Shown here one piece after another: positions 7,786-18,679 of a DNA stretch of 37,426 bases. Numbering within the stretch: position 1 is the first letter of the stretch; each line of letters starts with the position of its first letter. The stretch is from an uncultured bacterium (GTDB taxonomy: Bacteria; DYJV01). Below the pieces are notes generated by a model. That model searched no databases. It saw only the letters and a list, made by a program, of their open reading frames with translations, and was not told the origin of the DNA. The position numbers were made by a program, and so were the translations under genes. The DNA lies in NCBI GenBank assembly GCA_964543655.1, contig CAZIZE010000033.1, positions 1 through 37,426 of the forward strand, read 5' to 3'.

Positions 7786-8642
7786 TGAGAAAAGCTATGC
7801 AAATTTTTAGAAATCCGTTAGATTTGCAGGAGTTTATAAAGGAAGAAAAGAGAAAAGGTAAACTTATCTCCCTTGTGCCTACAATGGGTTATCTGCATGA
7901 AGGTCACCTTAGTTTAATGCGAGAAGCCAAAAAATATGGTGATATATTGATAGTTAGCATTTTTGTTAATCCCACACAATTTGGTCCTAATGAAGATCTT
8001 GATAAATATCCAAGAGATTTTCAGGGAGATGAAAGTAAATGCAACTCTGTAGGTGTGGATATAATATTCTACCCTACTCCTGAGAATATGTATCCTGAAA
8101 ATTACCAGACTTATGTTGAAGTTCAGGAAGTTACAAAAAATCTTTGTGGTGCATCAAGGCCAACACACTTTAGAGGAGTTACCACTGTTGTTGCAAAGCT
8201 TTTTAATATTACACTGCCTGATTATGCTTTTTTTGGTGAAAAAGATTTTCAACAGCTTGTTGTTATAAAAAGAATGGTAAAGGATTTAAATTTCCCTGTA
8301 AAAATAATTGGCTGCCCTATTATTAGAGAAAAAGATGGCCTTGCAATGAGTTCAAGGAATAAATATCTAAGTGAAAATGAAAGAAAGCAGGCTTTATCTC
8401 TTTTTAAAGCAATTACCAGAGTAAAAGAGTTATTTAACAAAGGGGAGAGAGATTCATCCAATCTAATTAGAGAAGCCACAATGATTATAAAAAATGAACC
8501 TCTAACTCAGATAGATTATATTAAAGTTGTTGATATTGAAACAATGAAAGATATTGCTACAATAGAAAAAAATGCTCTTTTTGCTCTTGCAGTAAAAATT
8601 GGCAACACAAGATTAATAGATAATTGCAAACTAATACTATAA
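7785..8642 (+). CDS. panC: Pantoate--beta-alanine ligase
   Basis: VPTMGYLHEGHLSL, SIFVNPTQF, RPTHFRGV, FGEKDFQQ, DGLAMSSRN, RLIDN. Alternative start at ATG 7797. Confidence 0.97.
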   Translation: MRKAMQIFRNPLDLQEFIKEEKRKGKLISLVPTMGYLHEGHLSLMREAKKYGDILIVSIFVNPTQFGPNEDLDKYPRDFQGDESKCNSVGVDIIFYPTPENMYPENYQTYVEVQEVTKNLCGASRPTHFRGVTTVVAKLFNITLPDYAFFGEKDFQQLVVIKRMVKDLNFPVKIIGCPIIREKDGLAMSSRNKYLSENERKQALSLFKAITRVKELFNKGERDSSNLIREATMIIKNEPLTQIDYIKVVDIETMKDIATIEKNALFALAVKIGNTRLIDNCKLIL

Positions 8643-8657
8643 TTTTTGGAGGCAAAA

Positions 8658-9011
8658 ATGTATAGAATCATGCTTAAATCCAAAATTCATAGAGCTACTG
8701 TTACAGGTGCAGACCTTCATTATGAAGGAAGCATTACAATAGATAAAGATTTATTAAAAGCATCAAATATTTCTGTGTATGAAAAGGTTCAGATATACAA
8801 TATTAACAATGGTGCAAGATTTGAAACATATGTAATAGAAGGAGAAAGTGGCTCAGGAGAAATATGTTTAAATGGAGCTGCTGCAAGACTTGTTCAAAAA
8901 GGTGACCTTATTATTATAACTTCTTTTATAATGCTACCAGAGGAAGATGTTCAAGGATACAAGCCTGTATATGTTTTTGTTGATGAGAATAACAAACAGG
9001 TAAATAAATAA
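8658..9011 (+). CDS. panD: Aspartate 1-decarboxylase
   Basis: [20 protein letters not shown] (pyruvoyl G-S site), [20 protein letters not shown] precedes ATG 8658. Confidence 0.97.
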   Translation: MYRIMLKSKIHRATVTGADLHYEGSITIDKDLLKASNISVYEKVQIYNINNGARFETYVIEGESGSGEICLNGAAARLVQKGDLIIITSFIMLPEEDVQGYKPVYVFVDENNKQVNK

Positions 9012-9028
9012 AAAATATACCTTATAGA

Positions 9029-9054
9029 ATCATCTGCTCTAAAAGGCAGATGAT
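9029..9054 (+). terminator. Stem-loop just downstream of panD
   Basis: ATCATCTGC-tctaaaag-GCAGATGAT perfect 9-bp stem; no U-tract. Confidence 0.4.
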
Positions 9055-9196
9055 ACCTGATATACCTTTATACCTCTGAAAAAAAAATTCCACATAAATA
9101 TATCTTTTTAAAGCATTACAATACCAACCTATAATCAAAAACAGGATAGATCTTTCAAAATGACTTCAAAAAATCATTAGGTTTTAAATATTTTTT

Positions 9197-9224
9197 AGCA
9201 GGGGCTTATCAGCCCCTGCTTTTT
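9197..9224 (+). terminator. Terminator hairpin between the convergent pan and fad operons
   Basis: AGCAGGGGCT-tatc-AGCCCCTGCT perfect 10-bp stem followed by TTTT on the + strand. Confidence 0.75.
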
Positions 9225-9248
9225 AAAAGGAGGGGGAAAAACAGAAGC

Positions 9249-11033
9249 TTAAATGTGTAGAATATAAGCTTCTTTATCAATAAAATAATCAGCAATCTTT
9301 CTCTTTAAATGTATAACATCTATTGGTTGAACTCTTGTAAATTTTCTCAGCATTGTCAACTGAGTTCTAAGCATATCTCCCTGCTCAACTGCTGAAAGAG
9401 CCTGTCTACCCCAGAGATGCATTTTTTCAATACCTTCATATATTAATGCCTCTGCAAGATTTAAATAAATCTCTGCATCCTCTTCCCCAACTTTTTCAAT
9501 CATTTTAATTGCTCTTAAAAGTGCACTTTCCATAATGTAAGTTTCAGAAATCATATCAGCACCTCTCATTACAAGCTCTTGCTCATTAATAATCTTTTTG
9601 CCATATTTTTGAGCAGCAGCACCAGTAACAAAAAGACACATTTTTTTTGCATTTTCAACAATCTTTTTAAGAGTATCAATTTTACCTTCATCTTCTTGAA
9701 ACATCATTATAATATTTCCACTTAACAAATCATCTACCAATTTCTGAGCAGCCTGAATAAGAGGAAGCTCTCCCTTCATTGCCCTTCTTAAAAGCATTCC
9801 TGGTATTAAAAGTCTGTTAATTTCATTTGTGCCTTCAAATATTAAATTTATTTTAGAATCTCTGTAATGTCTCTCAGCTGGATACTCCTGACAATATCCA
9901 TATCCACCATGAATCTGAACATTTTCATCAACACAATAATCTCCAACTTCACTTCCATAAACTTTGATTATTGAGCATTCTACTGCATATTCCTCAATTC
10001 CTTGCAAAGCTTTTGAATTGTAATCTGGATCATTCTCATCAATCTGTTCCAAAATTTCATCTATCATCCCCACTGTTCTGTATGTGGCAGATTCTGTACC
10101 ATAAATTTTTGTTGCCATATTTGCTATTTTTTCTTTTATTGCGCCAAAAGCAACAAGAGGCAATTTAAACTGGTATCTTTGCTTTGCATACTTTATTGAC
10201 TCTTCCATTGCAAGCTTTGAAGCTCCAAGAGCTGCAGCACCAAGCTTAAATCTACCAATATTTAAAATATTAAAAGCTATTAAGTGACCTTTTCCTATTT
10301 CACCAAGTAAATTCCCTTTTGGAACTTTAACATCATTTAAAATTACCTGAGTTGTTGAAGAGCCTTTAATTCCTAATTTTTTCTCTTCTGGCCCAATTTC
10401 AAGTCCTTCCATATCTCTATCAACAATAAATGCAGTAAAATGTTCGCCATCCACCTTTGCAAATACAATGTAACTTTGAGCAATTCCACCATTAGTAATA
10501 AACTGCTTTGTACCATTTAAAATATAGTAATCTCCAGATTCATCAAGAACTGCAGTTGCTTTTGCAGCTAAAGCATCACTTCCGCTATTTGGCTCTGTAA
10601 GGCAATAAGCACCTATCCATTCTCCTGAACCTAATTTTGGCAAATATTTCTTCTTTTGCTCCTCTGTACCAAAATAAACTATTGGTAAAGTTCCAATCCC
10701 TGTGTGAGCACCTTGAGTAACAGCAAAAGAGCCAGCTCTTGCAATCTCTTCTGCTACAAGTGTGGAGCTTGTTTTATTAAGTCCCATTCCTTCATATTTC
10801 TCAGGAATATCAACCATTAACAACCCTTTTTCACCAGCTTTTCTCATTAATTCTTTCACTACTTCAAAGTTCTGATTCTCAATTTCATCGGTTTTTGGCC
10901 AAACTTCTTTTTCCACAAAGTCTCTTGCTGTTTTAGCAAACATTTTTAATTCAGAGTCAAAATCCTCTGGAATCTGAATTTCTTCAACAGCTGTTTCCTC
11001 AATTAAAAAAGAACCACCTTTTTTATATTCCAT
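9249..11033 (-). CDS. fadE: Acyl-CoA dehydrogenase, Bacillus FadE (ACAD9/VLCAD-like) type
   Basis: YCLTEPNSGSDA, LNGTKQFITNG, KLGIKGSST, QIHGGYGY, IFEGTNEINR; 594 aa with C-terminal extension. Confidence 0.92.
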   Translation of the reverse strand: MEYKKGGSFLIEETAVEEIQIPEDFDSELKMFAKTARDFVEKEVWPKTDEIENQNFEVVKELMRKAGEKGLLMVDIPEKYEGMGLNKTSSTLVAEEIARAGSFAVTQGAHTGIGTLPIVYFGTEEQKKKYLPKLGSGEWIGAYCLTEPNSGSDALAAKATAVLDESGDYYILNGTKQFITNGGIAQSYIVFAKVDGEHFTAFIVDRDMEGLEIGPEEKKLGIKGSSTTQVILNDVKVPKGNLLGEIGKGHLIAFNILNIGRFKLGAAALGASKLAMEESIKYAKQRYQFKLPLVAFGAIKEKIANMATKIYGTESATYRTVGMIDEILEQIDENDPDYNSKALQGIEEYAVECSIIKVYGSEVGDYCVDENVQIHGGYGYCQEYPAERHYRDSKINLIFEGTNEINRLLIPGMLLRRAMKGELPLIQAAQKLVDDLLSGNIIMMFQEDEGKIDTLKKIVENAKKMCLFVTGAAAQKYGKKIINEQELVMRGADMISETYIMESALLRAIKMIEKVGEEDAEIYLNLAEALIYEGIEKMHLWGRQALSAVEQGDMLRTQLTMLRKFTRVQPIDVIHLKRKIADYFIDKEAYILHI

Positions 11034-11050
11034 TTTATCCTCCTTTTATT

Positions 11051-12235
11051 TTATTCATAAATCATTTCAAATATACCTGCTGCGCCCATGCCGCCACCTA
11101 TGCACATGGATACTATTCCATATTTTAAACCTCTTCTTCTCATTTCATAAATAAGCTGAACTGTTAATTTTGCTCCTGTACAACCAAGTGGGTGCCCAAG
11201 TGCAATTGCACCACCATTAACATTAACTTTATCCATATTAATGTTTAGATTTTTGCAACAATATAGAAATTGTGAAGCAAAAGCTTCATTAATTTCAAAT
11301 AATTCTATATCATCAAGCTTCATATTAGCTGCATTTAAAACCTTTGGTATTGCAACTGATGGCCCAATTCCCATAAGCTCTGGTGGGCAACCAGCTACAG
11401 AATATGCAACAAACTTTGCAAGTGGTTTAAGTCCAAGCTCTTCTGCCTTTTCCCTGCTCATTATCATAACAGCTGCTGCACCATCACTCATCTGTGAAGA
11501 ATTACCTGCTGTAACACTTCCACCTGCTCTAAAAACAGGCTTTAATTTTGCAAGACCTTCAATAGTTGTATTTGCTCTTGGACCTTCATCTATTTCAAAA
11601 ACCTTTTTTTTCACAACTCTTTTGCCGTTTTCTAACACAACACTTTCTACTTCAACTGGAATTATCTCATCTTTGAATTTACCCTCTTTAATTGCATTTA
11701 CAGCTTTCATATTTGATTGATATGCATATTCATCCTGCTCTTCTCTTGAAATATTATATTTTTCTGCAACATTTTCCGCAGTTAATCCCATATTTATATA
11801 TGCCTGAGGCATATTTTCTGCAAGGTATGGGTTAGGTGTAAGCTTATTTCCAGTCATTGGCACCATTGACATATTTTCACTTCCACCAGCTATTACAATA
11901 TCATATTGACCACTCATAACCTTAAAAGCGCCATCAGCTATACTTTGTAATCCTGATGAACAAAATCTATTTACAGTAACAGCAGGAACACTATCTGGAA
12001 AACCAGCTCTTAATACAGCGATTCTTGCCATATTAAGTCCCTGTTCTGCTTCTGGAAAAGCATTTCCAATAATAACATCCTCTATATCTTCTGGCTTTAC
12101 AGCTCCATTAGTTCTATTTACAACCTCTTTTATAACAATTGCTGCCATATCATCAGGTCTAAACTTTACAAGGCTACCTCTCTTTGCCTTACCTATTGGT
12201 GTCCTAACAGCAGATACTATAACTGCTTCTTTCAT
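11051..12235 (-). CDS. fadA: Acetyl-CoA C-acyltransferase (thiolase)
   Basis: [34 protein letters not shown]. Confidence 0.95.
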   Translation of the reverse strand: MKEAVIVSAVRTPIGKAKRGSLVKFRPDDMAAIVIKEVVNRTNGAVKPEDIEDVIIGNAFPEAEQGLNMARIAVLRAGFPDSVPAVTVNRFCSSGLQSIADGAFKVMSGQYDIVIAGGSENMSMVPMTGNKLTPNPYLAENMPQAYINMGLTAENVAEKYNISREEQDEYAYQSNMKAVNAIKEGKFKDEIIPVEVESVVLENGKRVVKKKVFEIDEGPRANTTIEGLAKLKPVFRAGGSVTAGNSSQMSDGAAAVMIMSREKAEELGLKPLAKFVAYSVAGCPPELMGIGPSVAIPKVLNAANMKLDDIELFEINEAFASQFLYCCKNLNINMDKVNVNGGAIALGHPLGCTGAKLTVQLIYEMRRRGLKYGIVSMCIGGGMGAAGIFEMIYE

Positions 12236-12266
12236 TTTTTCCTCCTTATATTTTCTTGAAAATTTA

Positions 12267-14681
12267 TTAGTTTCTCAATGGTTTGTTGTATCTAAGCATA
12301 TGTCTCATCCTTGCCTGGGTTTTTGGATGTCCGCATAAACTCAGAAAAGCTTCTCTCTCTAAATCGAGCAAGTACCACTCGTCAACAATACTACCTTCTT
12401 CAAGATCACCACCTGACACCACATATGCCAATTTTTCTCCAATTAATGCATCATGTTCTGATATCTGTCTTGCTTCTTTCATAGTGTATATTGCAACTTT
12501 AAATAATGCCAGAGCTGTCTTTCCTGGCACTTTTATATCATTTCTATATCTTTTTGGTTGATAGCCTGTTTCTGCAAGTGCAAGACACAATTTTTTTGCA
12601 TCATGTATTAAAAAATCTTTGTTCATAGTTAATGTATCACAACTTTTAAAATAACCTAATTCTTTAGCTTCTACTGCACTTGTGGCAACTTTTGCCATTG
12701 CAATGGTTTCAAAAGCTCGTCTTACAAATGGTAATACATCTACTCCATCTGCATTATCAGGAATTAAATCTAAATTTCTAATAATTAATTCTTTTGTTCC
12801 ACCACCTGCTGGTATTACTCCTACACCAACTTCCACAAGCCCTGTGTATGTTTCAGCATAAGCATTAATAATATCAGTAGCCAAACAAATTTCCAGCCCT
12901 CCACCAAAAGTATAACCAAATGGAGCTGAAACCACAGGTTTTGAGCAATATTTTATATTCATACAAGCTTTTTGAAAAGATTTAACCATATAATCAAGCT
13001 CATCCCACTCTTCATCTTCTGCTTCAAGTAAAACAAGCATCAAATTAGCACCAACACTAAATGCTTTTCCTTCATTTGCTATAATAAGCCCTTCATAATC
13101 TTTTTCCACAATTTCTACTGCCTGATTTATCATGGTCACAATATCTGCACCAATTGCATTCATCTTGGAGTGAAATTCAAGACATAAAATTCCATCACCC
13201 ATATCAATCAAGGAAGCACCTGAATTTGACTTTATAACTTTATTCTTATCTTTTCTAATATTTTGAAGTGAAATAAACTTTTTATTAACAGGAACTTTCT
13301 TATAATCTTCATCAATAAAGCAGTAATAATATTTTACTCCATCTTCCTCTTTATAAAATGTGGTATTTCCTTTTTCAAGAAATCGCTCTATTTTGTCTGG
13401 GATTTCACGGCCTTCTGCTTTCATCCTTTCTACTGATTCCTTAACACCAATTGCATCCCATATTTCAAATGGTCCCAGTTGCCAGTTAAATCCCCACTTG
13501 AGAGCATTATCAACATTAACTATATCATCTGCAATTTCAAGCATTCTATTTGCAGAATATATTAAAATTGATGATATGTTTTTCCATGCAAATTGAGCAA
13601 GTTTATCTTTTCCATAAACAAATGTTTTAATTCTTTTTGCAACACCACCAGCCTGCTTTGCAGCTTCAAGTGAAGCTGATTTAACTTTTTCAACAGGCTT
13701 ATACTCAAGTGTATTATAATCAAGCTCAAGTATTTCTTTACCTTTTTCTGTTTTTACTTTTTTATAAAAACCCTGACCTGTTTTATTTCCAAGCCAATTA
13801 TTTTCAATCATTTTTTCTATAAACTCAGGAAGTTTAAATTCATCTCTCATTTCATCATCTTCTGCAAGGTCATATACATTTTTTGCAACATGATACATAA
13901 TATCAACACCAACAAGATCTGCAGTTCTAAATGATGCTGTTTTTGGCCTGCCGAGAACAGGACCTGTAGCTGCATCAACTTCAGAAATAGTTAAACCTGA
14001 CCTAACCATTTCCTGAATTGTATTTGCCATTCCAAACACACCTATTCTATTGCCAATAAAATTTACAGTATCTTTGCAGTAGACAATACCCTTTCCAAGC
14101 TTACTCTCTATAAAATTTGCCATAAATGTTACAATTTCTTTTGAAGTTTTCTTACCAGGAATTATTTCTAACAACTTCATATATCTTGGTGGGTTAAAAA
14201 AGTGTGTACCAAGAAATCTTCTTTTAAAATCATCTGACAAATCTTCAACCATTTTATTAATAGATAAACCAGAGGTATTTGTAGAAATAATAGCTTCAGG
14301 TTTTGCAAATTGAGCAACTTTAGAGAGAAGAGACTTTTTAATATCCATTCTTTCAGCAACAACTTCAATTATCCAATCTGCATCTTTAATTTTATCCATA
14401 TCATCTTCAAAATTTCCTGGAGTAAGAAGATTAAGAGCTTTTTTGCTGAAAACTGGAGAAGGCTTCATTTTAGCAAGTTTTTTAATTGCACCTTCAGCAA
14501 GCTTATTTCTAAAAGCTTTTGATTCTTTTGTAAGTCCTTTTTTCTTATCTTCATCAGACAGTTCTGGTAAAACTATGTCTAACAATAGACAAGGAATACC
14601 TGCATTAGCAAGATGAGCAGCTATCTGGCTTCCCATAACTCCAGCACCTAAAACTGCTGCTTTTTTAATTGAGTATCCCAT
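12267..14681 (-). CDS. fadN: 3-hydroxyacyl-CoA dehydrogenase/enoyl-CoA hydratase, FadN type
   Basis: GAGVMG Rossmann motif, [14 protein letters not shown], then a crotonase domain ([27 protein letters not shown]); ends KPLRN. Confidence 0.93.
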   Translation of the reverse strand: MGYSIKKAAVLGAGVMGSQIAAHLANAGIPCLLLDIVLPELSDEDKKKGLTKESKAFRNKLAEGAIKKLAKMKPSPVFSKKALNLLTPGNFEDDMDKIKDADWIIEVVAERMDIKKSLLSKVAQFAKPEAIISTNTSGLSINKMVEDLSDDFKRRFLGTHFFNPPRYMKLLEIIPGKKTSKEIVTFMANFIESKLGKGIVYCKDTVNFIGNRIGVFGMANTIQEMVRSGLTISEVDAATGPVLGRPKTASFRTADLVGVDIMYHVAKNVYDLAEDDEMRDEFKLPEFIEKMIENNWLGNKTGQGFYKKVKTEKGKEILELDYNTLEYKPVEKVKSASLEAAKQAGGVAKRIKTFVYGKDKLAQFAWKNISSILIYSANRMLEIADDIVNVDNALKWGFNWQLGPFEIWDAIGVKESVERMKAEGREIPDKIERFLEKGNTTFYKEEDGVKYYYCFIDEDYKKVPVNKKFISLQNIRKDKNKVIKSNSGASLIDMGDGILCLEFHSKMNAIGADIVTMINQAVEIVEKDYEGLIIANEGKAFSVGANLMLVLLEAEDEEWDELDYMVKSFQKACMNIKYCSKPVVSAPFGYTFGGGLEICLATDIINAYAETYTGLVEVGVGVIPAGGGTKELIIRNLDLIPDNADGVDVLPFVRRAFETIAMAKVATSAVEAKELGYFKSCDTLTMNKDFLIHDAKKLCLALAETGYQPKRYRNDIKVPGKTALALFKVAIYTMKEARQISEHDALIGEKLAYVVSGGDLEEGSIVDEWYLLDLEREAFLSLCGHPKTQARMRHMLRYNKPLRN

Positions 14682-14698
14682 TTTTTCCTCCTTTAAAT

Positions 14699-14716
14699 TG
14701 ATTGATTAATCATTCA
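14699..14716 (-). promoter_or_regulatory. FadR(TetR)-type operator upstream of fadN
   Basis: Minus strand TGAATGATTAATCAATCA is near-palindromic and one mismatch from the B. subtilis FadR box TGAATGANTANTCATTCA. Confidence 0.8.
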
Positions 14717-14734
14717 ATATTGTTCAAAAAAAAA

Positions 14735-15325
14735 TTATTGAGCTATTATAGCTGATTTTACTAATTTAAAAATATCTTCCTCTTTTTTGGAAAGCTTGCA
14801 TCCATTTTCAGCAAGCACCCATGAGGTAACAATCTCATCAACTGTACCAAAAATCATGTGGCCAATTACCCTGAAATTAACATCTTTTCTTATTAATCCC
14901 TCTTCTATTCCCTGCTTCAATATATTACCAATAATGCTGTAATATTTTCTCATAATGTTTTTTATTCTAATTCTAATATCCTTTTTTGACTGTCTCAGCT
15001 GGATCTGTAAAAAATTTGCAAGATCAGGATTTTTATCCATAAATTCAAGATGACCTTTTATAATTATTCTGATTTTTTCAAAAACATCGTTTTCATTAAT
15101 AACCTTTGCAAAAATTTCATTCAAAATATTATCAAGAACATATTCAAAAGATTTTATTAACAAATCCTCTTTATTTTTGAAATAAGTATAAATTGTACCG
15201 TCAGCAACATTCGCTTCTTTAGCAATATTTGAAATAGTTGATCTGAAATAACCCTTCTGGGAAATTATCTTTATTGCTGATTCAAGTATTAGCTGTTTTT
15301 TAAGTTCATTTTTTACTTTTGGCAT
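14735..15325 (-). CDS. fadR: TetR-family fatty-acid degradation repressor (B. subtilis FadR/YsiA-like)
   Basis: IAKEANVADGTIYTYFKNKEDLL helix-turn-helix; QIQLRQS and IFGTVDEIVTSW are YsiA-like; embedded in the fad operon. Confidence 0.85.
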   Translation of the reverse strand: MPKVKNELKKQLILESAIKIISQKGYFRSTISNIAKEANVADGTIYTYFKNKEDLLIKSFEYVLDNILNEIFAKVINENDVFEKIRIIIKGHLEFMDKNPDLANFLQIQLRQSKKDIRIRIKNIMRKYYSIIGNILKQGIEEGLIRKDVNFRVIGHMIFGTVDEIVTSWVLAENGCKLSKKEEDIFKLVKSAIIAQ

Positions 15326-15326
15326 T

Positions 15327-17084
15327 TTATTCCTCGTATAATTTTTCTAATTTATCTTTGTATTTATCTGTAATTATTTTTCTTTTAAGTTTTAATGTTG
15401 GAGTTATTTCTCCATCTTCCATTGAAAACTCTTTATCAAGCAAAACAAATTTTTTGATTTTTTCAAATCTTGCAAGAGGCTTGCTCCTCTTTTCAATTCT
15501 GTGCATTATTAGCCTTATAACTTTTTCATTTTCAACCATTTCTTTATTTGATTTAAAACTTAAATTCCTCTCTTTTGCCCACTGTTCAATTGCTTCAAAA
15601 TTGGGCACTATTAATGCTGAAAGAAATTTTTTACCATCACCATAAACCATTACCTCAGTAATAAAAGGATCTTCTTTTAAAATATTTTCAATTGGCTGAG
15701 GCGCTATATTTTTGCCACCAGAGGTAACAAGCAAATCTTTCTTCCTATCAGTAATTTTCAAATATCCTTCTTCATCAAGCACACCTATATCTCCAGTGCA
15801 GAAGTATCCATTTTTAAAAGCAAGTTTGTTTTCATCAGGTTTGTTATGGTAACCCTGTGTAACATTTGGCCCTTTAACAAGAATCTCTCCATCTTCTGCT
15901 ATTTTAACATCAACATCTTTTAATACTTTTCCAACAGTACCTATCTTATTTTTCTCAGGAAGATTTACTGATATAACAGGAGAAGTTTCTGTCAACCCAT
16001 ATCCTTCTAACAGATGAATACCAATACCATTGTAAAAAAGCCCAACTTCATAAGGGAGTTTTGCTCCACCAGAGATCATTATTTTCATTCTACCACCAAA
16101 AACATCTCTAAGCTTTGAGTAAACTTTTTTTTCAAAAAAATTGTACTTTAATTTATCAAAAAATGAAAATGGTTTATTGTAAGCTCTATGCTCTGCAAAT
16201 TTGGATGCAGTCTCTTTTGCACTGTAAAACATCTTTTGCTTGAGCTTAGATGCTTCTCTAACCTTCTCTATAATTCTTTCAAGAATTTTCTCATACACTC
16301 TTGGAACACTAACAAACATTGTAGGTTTAATCTCTTTTAAATTTTCTCCAATTGTATTTATATCTTCAGCATAAGCAATTATAGAGCCATAATACATTGG
16401 CACAAAATGACCAACACATCTTTCAAGAACGTGGCTTAAAGGTAGATGAGATAAAAATATATCGTCTGATGATACTTTTATAATTTCACCACCCCTTATA
16501 ATATTATGGAGAAAGTTATTATGTGTAAGGTAAACACCCTTTGGTGGACCTGTGGTGCCAGAAGTATATATTAATGTAACCAAGTCATCTAATTTAATTT
16601 CATTGACTATATTTTTAATTTTTTCATAAAAAACTTCTTGAGATTTAACAATTTTATTAAAAGTAACAATATCTTTCTCAATATCCTCTAAAACAACTAT
16701 ATGCTCCAAAAAGTCAAAATCTTTTACTTTTTCATACTGCTCTTCATTTTCTACAAAAATTATCTTCACATCTGCATCTTTAAGAATATATTCAATCTGA
16801 CCTGATGTGCTGGTTGGATAAATTGGAACAGTTACATTGCCAGCTGATAAAATACCAAAATCACAACAAAGCCACTCAAGCCTATTGTGAGAAAGTAATG
16901 CTACTTTGCTTTTTAAAGGTAAGCCTTTTGAAATTAAAAAGGAAGCTATTTTAAATACGTACAATTTAATCTCTTCCCACGAAAAATCTTTGTAAACTCC
17001 TTCGACCTTTGATTTTAGAAAAACTTTCTCAGGTGTGGACTCTGCATTTTTTATAAATTTTGCTGCTAAATTTATTTTTTCCAT
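15327..17084 (-). CDS. Long-chain fatty acid--CoA ligase (AMP-binding)
   Basis: YTSGTTGPPKG, EGYGLTETSP, TGDIG, DRKKDL..TSGGKNIAPQPIE, TPTLKLKR. Confidence 0.92.
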   Translation of the reverse strand: MEKINLAAKFIKNAESTPEKVFLKSKVEGVYKDFSWEEIKLYVFKIASFLISKGLPLKSKVALLSHNRLEWLCCDFGILSAGNVTVPIYPTSTSGQIEYILKDADVKIIFVENEEQYEKVKDFDFLEHIVVLEDIEKDIVTFNKIVKSQEVFYEKIKNIVNEIKLDDLVTLIYTSGTTGPPKGVYLTHNNFLHNIIRGGEIIKVSSDDIFLSHLPLSHVLERCVGHFVPMYYGSIIAYAEDINTIGENLKEIKPTMFVSVPRVYEKILERIIEKVREASKLKQKMFYSAKETASKFAEHRAYNKPFSFFDKLKYNFFEKKVYSKLRDVFGGRMKIMISGGAKLPYEVGLFYNGIGIHLLEGYGLTETSPVISVNLPEKNKIGTVGKVLKDVDVKIAEDGEILVKGPNVTQGYHNKPDENKLAFKNGYFCTGDIGVLDEEGYLKITDRKKDLLVTSGGKNIAPQPIENILKEDPFITEVMVYGDGKKFLSALIVPNFEAIEQWAKERNLSFKSNKEMVENEKVIRLIMHRIEKRSKPLARFEKIKKFVLLDKEFSMEDGEITPTLKLKRKIITDKYKDKLEKLYEE

Positions 17085-17099
17085 CTATTCCCCCTTAAT

Positions 17100-17143
17100 T
17101 GATTGAACAATCATTCAGTAATATAAAAAAAATGCAAAGTCAA
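17100..17143 (-). promoter_or_regulatory. Second FadR-type operator (17100-17117) overlapping a putative sigma70 promoter of the fad operon
   Basis: Minus strand TGAATGATTGTTCAATCA; -35 TTGACT (17143-17138), 17-nt spacer, -10 TACTGA (17120-17115). Confidence 0.75.
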
Positions 17144-17181
17144 GATTTTTTTTATTAATAAAAATTTATAAAAGAATCTTA

Positions 17182-18231
17182 CTATTGAAGCATTTTTTGA
17201 ATTTCTAATAATAGTTCATCTTCTAAATTATTTTCTGAAACTTTTTTAATTACTTTACCTTTTTTAAATATAAGTCCAACACCTTTTCCTCCAGCAATAC
17301 CAATATCAGCCTCTTTTGCTTCACCTGGGCCATTAACAACACATCCCATTACAGCAACTTTTATAGGCTTTTCAATAAAGCTTAATTTATCTTCAACTCT
17401 TTGTGCAAGGTTGATTATATCAATTTCAGTTCTTCCACATGTGGGACATGAAATTATCTCTACCCCCCTTTTTCTAATATTCAAACAATCAAGTATTTTC
17501 CAAGCAACTCTCACTTCTTCAACAGGGTCGCCAGTTAAAGACACTCTAATTGTATCACCAATTCCTTCATAGAGTAAAATACCTATTCCAACTGATGATT
17601 TAATAATTCCTGATTTTAATGTCCCTGCTTCTGTAATGCCAATATGCATTGGATAATCAACTATTTGAGATAACTTTTTATAAGCTTCTATGGTCAAATT
17701 AACATCAGATGCTTTAAGAGAAACTTTTATTTTGTCAAAACCAAATTTCTCAACTAACTTGATATTTTTTATAGCACTTTCTACCAAAGCATCAGCAGAC
17801 ACTTCTCCAAATTTTTCAAAAATTTCCCTCTCAAGTGAGCCAGCATTAACACCTATTCTAATGGAAATATTATGTGCTCTGGCACAATCTACAATTTTTT
17901 TAACTCTATCTGAGGAGCCAATATTACCAGGATTAATTCTAATAGCATCAGCGCCATTTTCAATAGATAGTATTGCTAATTTATATAAAAAGTGAATATC
18001 AGCTATTAATGGAATATTAATTCTATCTTTTAAATCCTTTATTTTCTCTGCTGCTTCTTCTGTGGGAACAGCAACTCTTACAATTTCGCATCCTGCTTTT
18101 TCAAGTTTTGCAATTTGGTCTGCTGTAGCATTAACATCTTCTGTTTTTGTGTTAGTCATTGATTGGACAACAACAGGATTGCTGCCACCAATTTTAACAT
18201 TTCCTATTTCTATAACTCTACTTTTTCTCAT
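17182..18231 (-). CDS. ispG: 4-hydroxy-3-methylbut-2-en-1-yl diphosphate synthase
   Basis: VQSMTNT, ADIHF, RINPGNIG, RIGVNAGSL, HIGITEAG, SCPTCGR, MGCVVNGPGEA. Start reassigned to ATG 18231, immediately after the upstream stop. Confidence 0.96.
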   Translation of the reverse strand: MRKSRVIEIGNVKIGGSNPVVVQSMTNTKTEDVNATADQIAKLEKAGCEIVRVAVPTEEAAEKIKDLKDRINIPLIADIHFLYKLAILSIENGADAIRINPGNIGSSDRVKKIVDCARAHNISIRIGVNAGSLEREIFEKFGEVSADALVESAIKNIKLVEKFGFDKIKVSLKASDVNLTIEAYKKLSQIVDYPMHIGITEAGTLKSGIIKSSVGIGILLYEGIGDTIRVSLTGDPVEEVRVAWKILDCLNIRKRGVEIISCPTCGRTEIDIINLAQRVEDKLSFIEKPIKVAVMGCVVNGPGEAKEADIGIAGGKGVGLIFKKGKVIKKVSENNLEDELLLEIQKMLQ

Positions 18232-18232
18232 T

Positions 18233-18664
18233 TTAATCAAGGAATTTCCACAAAGGTAGCTTGGTTTCTTCATCAAAGCCTCTAACAAGAGCAGCACCAT
18301 CAAGAGAAACTATTGAAAATTCAAAAGCAAAAATAGAGCATCCCTTAAGTAGATGTCCACCTTTAACATCTCCATTTTCATCTGAAACTACAATATGACA
18401 ATGAGGGAAAGGGTGTCCCTCTTTAAGAGAGATATTCCCTGATAATGATACAACTTCTACAGGTTTATTAATTTCAATAGATTGATATTTAAACTCTTTC
18501 TGATTATAGTAACCTAACACAGCTTTTTGAAGGGCACCAATACCAGAAATAATCCCTGACCTAATATTATTCTTCTCAAGAAAATCTATAAGAGCCTGAC
18601 GCAAATCTTCATCTTTTTTAAATCTTCCAAGAAAGGTGTTTTCAATAGAATATGTCTTATACAT
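18233..18664 (-). CDS. PPC/DUF296 domain protein
   Basis: GIGAL, EVVSLSGNIS, HCH and GGHL metal-binding pattern. Confidence 0.85.
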   Translation of the reverse strand: MYKTYSIENTFLGRFKKDEDLRQALIDFLEKNNIRSGIISGIGALQKAVLGYYNQKEFKYQSIEINKPVEVVSLSGNISLKEGHPFPHCHIVVSDENGDVKGGHLLKGCSIFAFEFSIVSLDGAALVRGFDEETKLPLWKFLD

Positions 18665-18679
18665 CTCTCCCTCCTCAAA

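Noticed and set aside
9054-9078. TACCT x3 mini-repeat after panD
   Set aside because: Too short and irregularly spaced (9 and 8 nt) to distinguish from chance.
11241-11720. 159-aa plus-strand ORF and the other short ORFs nested in or antisense to long genes
   Set aside because: These are shadow frames of well-supported genes, with Ser/Phe/Ile-rich antisense composition and no recognisable motifs.
18232-18303. 24-aa N-terminal extension of IspG
   Set aside because: It overlaps the DUF296 gene in another frame; homology starts at ATG 18231.
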